From Planctomycetota bacterium (GTDB taxonomy: Bacteria > Planctomycetota > SZUA-567 > H5-PLA8): a DNA stretch of 24,772 bases. The translations under genes and the position numbers were made by a program. Shown in pieces: positions 6,212-13,906 of this stretch (its first letter is position 1; each line of letters begins with the position of its first letter). Below the pieces are notes generated by a model. The model saw only the letters and a program-made list of their open reading frames with translations, was not told the origin of the DNA and ran no database searches. The stretch lies in contig BTVV01000092.1 in assembly GCA_045863855.1 (NCBI GenBank), forward strand, positions 1 through 24,772, read 5' to 3'.

Positions 6212-9169
6212 CTACCTTCCCGTCCACGAGGTGGCCGTATTCGAGGTGCGAATGATGCTCACCGTCGCATCAAAGGACACTACATCGCCGCTCGCGATCT
6301 CGATCTCGACCATCACCGGCACGTTGTAAGCGGTTGCGCCGCCGGCCGTTGGTACGCCGGTAGCCAGTGCGGTCGTCGTCAGGGCAAACGTCTTTTTCGA
6401 ATTGCTGATCTGGAACTTCGCCGCTTCCGGCGGCTTCGTGACCGCTCTGGTATTCAGGTTGAATACAGCCGTGGTCCCCGCCCCGCTGATGTTCAGCGCA
6501 CTAGGCGGAATATTGAACGAGTCGCCGTCGATCTCAAGGTCGATCCCGTTTCCACCCAGGTTCAAGCTCGTCGCCGCGCCGCCACCGGGCGTCAGGAATC
6601 CGCTCAGGACGAAGGTGTGCCCGCCGGCCACTTCTTTCACCGAGGCCTTCGCCGCAAGGAAGGCGCCCGAAAGCAGCCGGTTCTTGGCCAGCGCGAACGT
6701 CCCCTTGGCCGACTTGTTCACCGTGGACGTCACCGCGAACTCCGGCTGCGCGACGAAATCCATGTCGAAGGCGGGAGAGACGCGCGAGAGGTTCAATCCA
6801 ATGTCGAGCACGTTCGTGTTAATGAAACTGGCGTTCGTGATGCCCACGATATCCGCCAAGTCGGCCAGCTTTACCGTGAACGAGAACTTACCGCCCTTCG
6901 TCGCGATCGAGTACGTGCCGGTGGCCGAAGAAAACTTACCCGCGGCATCCAGCACCCCGACCGGCCCGTACGGTGTGCCGTTGAGCGTCAAGGCGACCAC
7001 CAAGCCGCCTAGATTGGCCGGAAGCTGCCCCGGATTGATGACTCCTTGAAGGATAAGGATATCGGAATTGGGCTTGGCATGGTTAATGGTCAGCGTGCCT
7101 TTAGTGAGCGCCAAGTTGGCGTCGCCCGCTCCGCCGATAACCTCGATGATGACCGTGTCGGCCGCGCTCATGCCTTGGTCGTTGTCCTCGACGATAAGCG
7201 TAACGACATAGGACCCGGGGGTGTCGAACGCATGCATCGTGGCACCGATGGCACTGGTGCCGCTGGAAATATCCGCGGTATCGCCGTCCGCGAAATCCCA
7301 ATGAAAGATGTCCACGGTGCCGTCGGCGTCGCTGGAACCGGCGCCGGCAAAGTTCACCACCTCGTCCACCATCACCGTGACGGTGCCGCTGGCCGGCGCC
7401 GAGATTACCGCGACGGGATTGTCGTTGACGGGCGTGACACTGATCCAGACCGTGGAGGTGTTCGAATTGGCGTTTCCGTCGTTGGCGCGCCAGTCAAACG
7501 AATCCATCCCGCTGAACTCGGAGTCCGGCGTATACGTGAAGGCCCCAGTCGCCGAGTTGAAAATCAGCGTTCCGTTGTCCACGTTGTCTATCAACGCATA
7601 CGAGGGCGGTGCGCCGTCCGGATCGGTGACCGCCACCGACAGGCTGTCAGAGGCCGACGTATCTTCCTGGATGTTCATGAACCAGTCCGAAGTCACGGGT
7701 ACATCGTTGATGGAGATGACCATGATGGTCACCGTGGCCATCATGGACATATCCACGGGCATGTTGTTGTTCAGGGCAAAATAGGTGAACGTGTCGTTGC
7801 CGAAGAAATTCGGATCGGGGTCGTAGGTAAACGACCCGTTCGCATTAAGCGTCAGGTCGCCATTTTGCGCATCCGACACGAGCACGGCGGTCAGGCCGAA
7901 GCCCTTCGCATCGTCATTGCTCAACACGCCCGTGGCGGAATTAACGGTCAGGAAACCGTCCTCGGCAACCGCGTACATGTCGTTGTTGGCGACGGGCCGA
8001 TTGGCCTCCACGACGGTGACGGAAACCAGGCGCTCCGCGCTGAAGATATCGTTCCCGCTGTTCTCGAAGACCGCGCGATAGCGGTAGCGGTAATTTCCGC
8101 TGGCCGGCACGGTCATGTCCACGGCGTTAAACGTGTTCGTGGCCAACGTCCCTGAAGGGTTGGCGTTGTTGCCTCCGCCGGCCTGAATGTTGTTATTCAC
8201 GGTCACGTAGGAGCCGTCGGCCTGGCCATCCAGTTTGCGTTGGAGTTCGTACCGTAAGACGTTGTTTTGCGTCAAGGCGCCGGTGCCCACGCCCGGCCCA
8301 AAGGGCGCCGGCGCGCTGTTCTGGAAGGTCTGGTCGCTGTTGGTGCCGGTCATCTGCTGCGCGACCTTGCGCATCGAGACGGTCACCTGCCCGCTGTTGT
8401 CCACGGCGTTCAGGATGGAGGGGAGCGCGCGCCCGTACAGGCCCGCCTGCGTCCACCACATCTCGTCCTGCGCCGGCCCTACGATCGCGCCGACCGACGG
8501 AAACATCAACGAATTGATATTGGTGTGCTGCAAGCCGATGGCGTGACCAATCTCGTGCGCCGTCACGGTGAGCAGGAAATTGGTGGTCCAGTTGCCCGCA
8601 GTGGTAACCTCCTTATCCAACTGCACGAAGCCGCCGGTGATGAAGAAGCCCTGGCCCTGCGAAGATGCGGTGAAGCCGCCCAAACCCACCGTGCTGCCCG
8701 CCAGCGTCCGCTCGCCGATCTTCATCTGCGCCTGAGTATGGTTGAAGACGCGCACAAGGTTGATGCCGCAGGCCACATTCCACGATTCCACCGCGCGCGC
8801 GATGGTGTCCGCCGTGGTTCCCACTCCCAGATACAGCGATTCGTCGATCGGCTCCAGCGTCTGACCCACGTGCGTGAGGTTTCCCACCCCGCTGGAAGTC
8901 AAGTTGATGAAGTAGTTGACCGTCACGCCGCGATTGTTTTCGGGCGTGGGCAGCGACGGCGGCGTTCTGCTGAAGCGCGCGACGCTGTTCCCGTTCAGCA
9001 GATTTACGCCGCGCTTCCCGACCACGGACCCTTCGAAGTCGTAGCGGTTGGTCTCGAACGACCAGCCGCACGAACAGGTGGCCGCATGTTCGTGCGCCTC
9101 CAAGGCGCCCGCCAGCGCCGCCACCGCCAGGATCCAGCTTATAGCTCCAGCCGTCTTGCTTATGCGCAT
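6212..9169 (-). CDS. secreted matrixin-like (M10) metzincin metalloprotease with two cadherin/Ig-like repeats, a PKD domain and a C-terminal beta domain
   Basis: Signal peptide MRISKTAGAISWILAVAALAGALEA; zinc motif HEIGHAIGLQH (8525-8557) and Met-turn SLMFP; repeats PVANND..ED..GVLSND..NGSFTYDP..GNDTFTY and PVTSD..ED..GAFTYTP..GMDSFDW; PKD signature SSDADG..FHWDFADG..HAFDTPGSYVVTLIV. Confidence 0.88.
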   Translation of the reverse strand: MRISKTAGAISWILAVAALAGALEAHEHAATCSCGWSFETNRYDFEGSVVGKRGVNLLNGNSVARFSRTPPSLPTPENNRGVTVNYFINLTSSGVGNLTHVGQTLEPIDESLYLGVGTTADTIARAVESWNVACGINLVRVFNHTQAQMKIGERTLAGSTVGLGGFTASSQGQGFFITGGFVQLDKEVTTAGNWTTNFLLTVTAHEIGHAIGLQHTNINSLMFPSVGAIVGPAQDEMWWTQAGLYGRALPSILNAVDNSGQVTVSMRKVAQQMTGTNSDQTFQNSAPAPFGPGVGTGALTQNNVLRYELQRKLDGQADGSYVTVNNNIQAGGGNNANPSGTLATNTFNAVDMTVPASGNYRYRYRAVFENSGNDIFSAERLVSVTVVEANRPVANNDMYAVAEDGFLTVNSATGVLSNDDAKGFGLTAVLVSDAQNGDLTLNANGSFTYDPDPNFFGNDTFTYFALNNNMPVDMSMMATVTIMVISINDVPVTSDWFMNIQEDTSASDSLSVAVTDPDGAPPSYALIDNVDNGTLIFNSATGAFTYTPDSEFSGMDSFDWRANDGNANSNTSTVWISVTPVNDNPVAVISAPASGTVTVMVDEVVNFAGAGSSDADGTVDIFHWDFADGDTADISSGTSAIGATMHAFDTPGSYVVTLIVEDNDQGMSAADTVIIEVIGGAGDANLALTKGTLTINHAKPNSDILILQGVINPGQLPANLGGLVVALTLNGTPYGPVGVLDAAGKFSSATGTYSIATKGGKFSFTVKLADLADIVGITNASFINTNVLDIGLNLSRVSPAFDMDFVAQPEFAVTSTVNKSAKGTFALAKNRLLSGAFLAAKASVKEVAGGHTFVLSGFLTPGGGAATSLNLGGNGIDLEIDGDSFNIPPSALNISGAGTTAVFNLNTRAVTKPPEAAKFQISNSKKTFALTTTALATGVPTAGGATAYNVPVMVEIEIASGDVVSFDATVSIIRTSNTATSWTGR

Positions 9170-9454
9170 GACGCCCACTCTCCCGTTTGGGGTAAAAAAT
9201 AGATCCGATCCCAATCCAACCGTTTTACCGCCTGCTTGTTGGGTTCACGAATAAGCAAATGACGGGACAAGAGGTGAACTTCCTGCCTCCGAGCGTCACG
9301 CCTGTCAGGTGCAGCACGCGTGCGTTCACGGATCGAACAGGCGTCGAAGTTTGCGCCAAAGGGGCTGTTGTCCGATTGACCTGCGATTGCCGTAAATGGT
9401 CAGTGGTTCTATCGTTGCGCAAGGATCGGGCCACTTTCACGAGGAGCTTAAATC

Positions 9455-10132
9455 ATGACTAAGCGCGCGATGGTCGTCTTCGGGGGCTGGAAGGGGCATG
9501 AGCCGGACCTCGTCGCCAAGCTGTTTGAAAGCATCCTTAAGGATTACGGCTTTGGTGTCGAGATGTCGGAGACCCTCGATTCGCTGAAGGATCTCGAAAA
9601 GCTTAAACAACTCAACTTGATCGTCCCGGTCTGGACGATGGGCTCGATCACGGGCGAACAGGAGAGCGCGTTGTTGAAGGCCGTGGAAGCGGGCGTCGGC
9701 ATAGGCGGCTGCCACGGCGGCATGTGTGACAGCTTCCGCAACAACACCGGTTACCAGTGGATGACCGGCGGGCAGTGGGTAGCGCACCCGGGCAACGACG
9801 GCACGAAGTACACGGTGAAGATCACCGATCCGAACCATTTCATCACGCGCGGGATGAGCGACTTCGAAGTCAGCAGCGAACAGTATTACATGCACATCGA
9901 TCCGGCGATCAAAGTCCAGGCGGTCACGCGCTTTCCGGTGGCCGACGGACCGCACAGCCCCAACGGTCCGGTGGACATGCCGCAAGTCTGGACGAAGTAT
10001 TACGGCCAGGGGCGCGTTTTCTATTGCGCACTGGGGCATAAGGCAGACGTCCTGCAGAAGCCCGAACCGAAGCGCATCTGCGCGCGGGGGCTGTTGTGGG
10101 CGGCGAAGGCTGAGGAACTGGCCAAAGACTAA
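9455..10132 (+). CDS. ThuA-like domain protein (class I glutamine amidotransferase-like fold)
   Basis: VFGGWKGHEP, GIGGCHGGMCDSFR, MTGGQWVAHPG, SEQYYMH and YGQGRVFYCALGH; GAGGAG RBS. Confidence 0.88.
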   Translation: MTKRAMVVFGGWKGHEPDLVAKLFESILKDYGFGVEMSETLDSLKDLEKLKQLNLIVPVWTMGSITGEQESALLKAVEAGVGIGGCHGGMCDSFRNNTGYQWMTGGQWVAHPGNDGTKYTVKITDPNHFITRGMSDFEVSSEQYYMHIDPAIKVQAVTRFPVADGPHSPNGPVDMPQVWTKYYGQGRVFYCALGHKADVLQKPEPKRICARGLLWAAKAEELAKD

Positions 10133-10162
10133 ACCGGGGATGGACCTGCTGCTTTTCCGTAC

Positions 10163-10192
10163 GGGGCCGCTCAGCGCGGCCCTCTTAATTTT
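10163..10192 (+). terminator. possible weak intrinsic terminator after the ThuA-like gene
   Basis: GGGCCGC-TCAGC-GCGGCCC hairpin followed by TCTTAATTTT. Confidence 0.35.
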
Positions 10193-10290
10193 GCGGCGCA
10201 CCAACCGGAAGCGGCTCGAATCGTTTACCTCTTGGCCGCGTCTGACCGTCTGATACGCTCTGCGTTTCGTTGGCCTCCGCGAGAGTGCCC

Positions 10291-11529
10291 ATGCTGCCAG
10301 GCTCCGAAGAAACTCCGCCCCAACCCCACCGCTTCGGCGAACTGGCCGTCGAATTGAGCCTGATTACCGAAGCGCAACTGAAAGAGGCCGTCGAGCAGCA
10401 GTGGTACCTCAAACGCCGCGGCGACCGTACGCGCTTGGGCGATCTGCTCGTCAAGGCACGCGTGTTGGATGCCGAAGGCGTCAAACGGATCCTGGCGGAG
10501 CAGCGCAGGCGCCGCATGGCCGACGCCGACAAAAAGCTGCCGATGGAACGCTTCGGCGATTACCGCCTGCTCGAACGCTTGGGGCGCGGGCGGATGGGCG
10601 ACGTCTACAAAGCCAAACACGTCCTCGCCGAGCGCGTCGTGGCTCTGAAGGTGCTGGGGCGCAACAAGAACCTCGAGCGCGAAAACCTGGAACGCTTCCA
10701 GCGCGAGTTGCGTCTGGCCGGACAACTTGAACATCCCAACCTGGTCAAGACCTACGATGCCGGCGTCCTGAACGGGGTCCAGTTCCTCGAGATGGAGTAC
10801 GTGGAGGGCGAATCCCTGGACGTTCGCATCGCGCGGCTGGGGAAGCTCGACGAGGCCGAAGCGCTCCAGGTAGCCATCGGTTTGACGCGAGCGCTGGAGC
10901 ACGCGCACGCGCAGGGCCTGGTGCATCGGGACGTGAAACCCGACAACGTGCTGCTGGCCGAAAACAACCTCGCCAAGCTTTGCGACTTGGGCCTGGCCAA
11001 ATCGCTCGAAGATAGCTCGGAATTGACCCTGACGGGCCAGGTGGTAGGCACGCCGCACTATCTGTCGCCCGAACAGGCCTTAGGGCAGAAGCCCATCGAC
11101 CACCGCGCGGACCTCTACAGTTTGGGCGCGACGCTGTACCACACGTTGACGGGCCGCACGCCTTTTGAGGCTCATTCAGCGGGTCAGCTCATGGAGGCCC
11201 ACGTCCGCGGCAAGCTCACGAATCCGAAGGATGCCAACCCCTCGCTGAGCGGCGGCATCGTGGCCGTCGTCACCAAGCTGATGGCGAAGAACGCAGCTGA
11301 CCGCTACGCCAGCGCCACCGAACTCCTCGCCGACCTGGAACGGCTTCAGCGTGGCGAAGCCCCGCTGCATGCCGGATTGGACGCGAACCGCTCGGTGGTC
11401 CTGCCGCCGGGCGTGGCGCCGGAACGGCTTCAAGCGCGCGAACGGAGCAAGCGATCGGGTTGCCTGGGACGCGCGGGAATGCTGGCGCTGGCGGCGTACT
11501 GGCTGGTCGAACGGTCGGGACTCCTATGA
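10291..11529 (+). CDS. Hanks-type Ser/Thr protein kinase with N-terminal MshEN-like tandem motifs
   Basis: LGRGRMGDVY, VALKVL, HRDVKPDN, DLGLAK, GTPHYLSPEQ and DLYSLG; N-terminal RFGELAVELSLITEAQLKEAVEQQ and RLGDLLVKARVLDAEGVKRILAEQ. Start could instead be TTG 10270. Confidence 0.93.
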   Translation: MLPGSEETPPQPHRFGELAVELSLITEAQLKEAVEQQWYLKRRGDRTRLGDLLVKARVLDAEGVKRILAEQRRRRMADADKKLPMERFGDYRLLERLGRGRMGDVYKAKHVLAERVVALKVLGRNKNLERENLERFQRELRLAGQLEHPNLVKTYDAGVLNGVQFLEMEYVEGESLDVRIARLGKLDEAEALQVAIGLTRALEHAHAQGLVHRDVKPDNVLLAENNLAKLCDLGLAKSLEDSSELTLTGQVVGTPHYLSPEQALGQKPIDHRADLYSLGATLYHTLTGRTPFEAHSAGQLMEAHVRGKLTNPKDANPSLSGGIVAVVTKLMAKNAADRYASATELLADLERLQRGEAPLHAGLDANRSVVLPPGVAPERLQARERSKRSGCLGRAGMLALAAYWLVERSGLL

Positions 11530-12561
11530 GCCTTCCAGGGTCCCGTCTTCGGTAATGGCCTTGGGCGACCAAGCGATCGACCCGTTGGCATTGACGATCT
11601 GGCGCACATGCTCGCCGTCGAAATCGACCTGAAATCCCACCGGCATGAGCAGGTAATTCACGAGCTTGGGGCGCAAATCGAGCAGGCGAAACGCGGGCAT
11701 GACCTCCCAGCGCCGCGGATCGGCCTCGACGCGCTTGATATCGGCCGGATCGCCGGGGCCAACCTGCCACCCCGACTTGCCCGGCGCGGGAAAGTCTTTT
11801 CGGAACAACCGCACCCGCTTGTAATCGAGGCACCCGCGCGCGACCCGGATCTCGTCGGTGAACAGACTCGGCATCGGCTTGCGAACCTGAGCTAGATCCA
11901 CGGCCTCCTGCTGCGCCGCGGTCACCTCGAATACCTTGGTCAGGTCGTCGATCAGATCGTCGAACGGGTTGCGCGAAAAGTTGGGCGCGCACAGAATCCG
12001 TTCGTCCACCCGCGGCAGCACACCCAACACGAACCAGTTGAAGACGAAGCGAAAATCTTCGGGATAATCGCCCTCGGCGTTCACCAATTCGCTGACGAAT
12101 TGCAGCAGATCCATGGCGCGCGACTGATACTTCGGGTCTGCGCGCAGCAGCAGCGTGAGATGGCCGAGCTGCTTGCGGCAGATCAGGCGCGTGTCTTTCT
12201 GGTCTTCCTGAACGGCCGCTTTGGGTTTGGCCTTCCAGGCCATTTTAGGCGGCGCCAACCCTTTGAATTTATCGGCGTTGGGCGACTGCACGGTACGGCT
12301 TCCGGCGGTGCTCCCGAAGGCGTTTTGCCTTCCCGAACCGTGCGGCGAGGCGGACTCTTCCGGTCCATTGGTCGCAGGCTCGGCCGGTTCGGGCGCCGGC
12401 TCGGAAACGTGAACGGGCGCCGGCGCCGGAACCGCCGCCGTGGCCGGCTTGCCCGGCACGCGCAGCTTGTTCGCGCACTTCGGACAACTGACGACGATGC
12501 CTTCGAATCCGGTGAGGTCCGGCCATTCGTGTCCGCAAACGCATGCAACCGGCAACGCCAC
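11524..12561 (-). CDS. Zn-ribbon + Pro/Ala-rich linker + Imm33/DUF2185-like C-terminal domain protein
   Basis: N-terminal CVCG...CPKC, a PAPAP linker, and C-terminal SGWQVG...LLDLRPKLVNYLLMPVGFQVDFDG resembling Imm33-family domains; GTG start after GAGGG. Confidence 0.6.
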   Translation of the reverse strand: MALPVACVCGHEWPDLTGFEGIVVSCPKCANKLRVPGKPATAAVPAPAPVHVSEPAPEPAEPATNGPEESASPHGSGRQNAFGSTAGSRTVQSPNADKFKGLAPPKMAWKAKPKAAVQEDQKDTRLICRKQLGHLTLLLRADPKYQSRAMDLLQFVSELVNAEGDYPEDFRFVFNWFVLGVLPRVDERILCAPNFSRNPFDDLIDDLTKVFEVTAAQQEAVDLAQVRKPMPSLFTDEIRVARGCLDYKRVRLFRKDFPAPGKSGWQVGPGDPADIKRVEADPRRWEVMPAFRLLDLRPKLVNYLLMPVGFQVDFDGEHVRQIVNANGSIAWSPKAITEDGTLEGS

Positions 12562-12656
12562 GCTAGAACCCTCTGGAACCGCAACCGAACCGAGTGTTAC
12601 AGCTCAGGGATGCTACTCAATCACCATACGCTTGTCACCAGAAGGCTGCTGACCCC

Positions 12657-12686
12657 AAAAAAGAAGGCCGCCCGAAGGCGGCCTTC
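12657..12686 (-). terminator. intrinsic terminator of the selenoprotein gene
   Basis: Minus strand GAAGGCCGCC-TTCG-GGCGGCCTTC-TTTTTT: a 10-bp perfect stem, a C(UUCG)G tetraloop and a U-tract. Confidence 0.92.
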
Positions 12687-12714
12687 CCGATCGTCCCACG
12701 GCCTCTATCTATGT

Positions 12715-13728
12715 TTATTTATACTGGCTCATCAGATCCTCGGCCTGCTGTGCGGCCTTGGTGCCGGGATAACGCTGCACAAGCATCTGGCAGCCGCCCA
12801 TCATTTGCTGAATGGCGGCAGCGTTCGCGCGGCGGAATTGCTCGTTTCTGGGATTCTTCTGCCCCGCAACCGGCTTGAGCGCCTCATTCATCTTTTCGAT
12901 CTGCAACCAGACCCCCGCGGCTTCCAGCTCTTTCTTCACCGCCGGATCGTTGCGCATCGTCTGCGCTTCTTTTTTGGCCGTCTCGCCGATCTCGTCCCCG
13001 GCGAATTGCAGCGAGATGCGCTCGAGATTCTTGAGGCTTCCCGCCGGATCTTCCGCCTTACGCGCCAGTGCGGAATCGAGCTGCCGCTTCGCCGCTCCTT
13101 CGAGCGCTTCGAACATCATTTTGGCTTCGCCGGCTTCGGCCGCATCGGTGCTGTTGACTTTGGTGCGCAAGGTCTTGAGCACCGCACCCAGCCCTTGACC
13201 GGCCTTGATCTGCGCCGCCTGCGCCGCGAGCTTCGTATACGGCCCGGGACCGGCCATGGCCGCCGAGGTCTCGTTCAGCAGTTCTTTGACTTTTTTCTCG
13301 AGTTCGGCGCCGCGAGGATCTTCGACTGCCAGTTTGCCGTCCGCGCCGAAAAGGAACCCGTGAGGAATGCCGCGCACGTTGGCCCCGCGCAGATCGCCTC
13401 CGGTCGTAAGCTGAAACTTCACGCCTTTACCCTGCGCCATGCTGACGATGGCGTCCTTCGCACTGCCTTGGCATTCCAAACCGACGATGTGAAAGCCCTG
13501 ATCCGCGTACTTATTGTATAGCTCCGCCAACCTGGGGAGCCCAGCGACACACGGCCCTCACCGCGTACCCCAGAACTCAACGAAGACCACCTTGCCCTTC
13601 AAATCCGCCGAAGACAGGCTCGGACCGTGCACCGTCGTACCGGGATTCAAATCGTCCAGCGTCATCGCGGATGCTACCGACGAAACCGTCAGCACCCCCG
13701 CTAGAACCAAAAGACTCGTACCGCGCAT
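12715..13728 (-). CDS. exported TlpA/redoxin-family thioredoxin-fold selenoprotein (UxxC; Sec57 encoded by TGA at 13558-13560) with a helical C-terminal domain, 337 aa
   Basis: ORFs 13558..13800 and 12715..13530 are in the same frame and read LKGKVVFVEFWGTR-TGA-GPCVAGLPRLAELYNKYADQGFHIVGL, the TlpA pattern FWAxWCxxC. The cis-Pro loop GIPHGFLFGADGKL is present. Signal peptide MRGTSLLVLAGVLTVSSVASA; AAAGGAG RBS 8 nt before ATG 13728. Confidence 0.88.
13520..13541 (-). promoter_or_regulatory. putative bacterial SECIS element
   Basis: Nucleotides 17-38 after the UGA read GGCUCC-CCA-GGU-UGG-C-GGAGCU, which forms a stem with one bulge and an apical GGU loop; the CAGGU resembles the E. coli fdhF SECIS apex. 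Confidence 0.7.
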
Positions 13729-13906
13729 GGCCATGGCTCCTTTCAGCCCCATTCGTCCGATCCCATCGTGCCCACTATCCAATAAGGTAGCCCCTTCCAC
13801 GACACGCTACAAGTATCGAGTGTACGGCTTTACACAGGCCTACCTTGTCTAGTAAGGTGGACGGAGGTCTAGTCCACTTGCTTCAACTAAGCCGAGAAAG
13901 TCTCCC

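Noticed and set aside
12100..13521. 473-aa plus-strand ORF and other long antisense ORFs (987..2183, 2907..3788, 7046..8155, 8267..9202, 14711..15667)
   Set aside because: They overlap well-supported genes on the opposite strand and have the Arg/Gly/Ala-rich composition of shadow ORFs.
13558..13800. 80-aa ORF and 271-aa ORF (12715..13530) treated as separate genes or as a nonsense pseudogene
   Set aside because: Same frame, TGA exactly at the catalytic Cys position, a SECIS-like hairpin and no other lesions; Sec readthrough explains this better.
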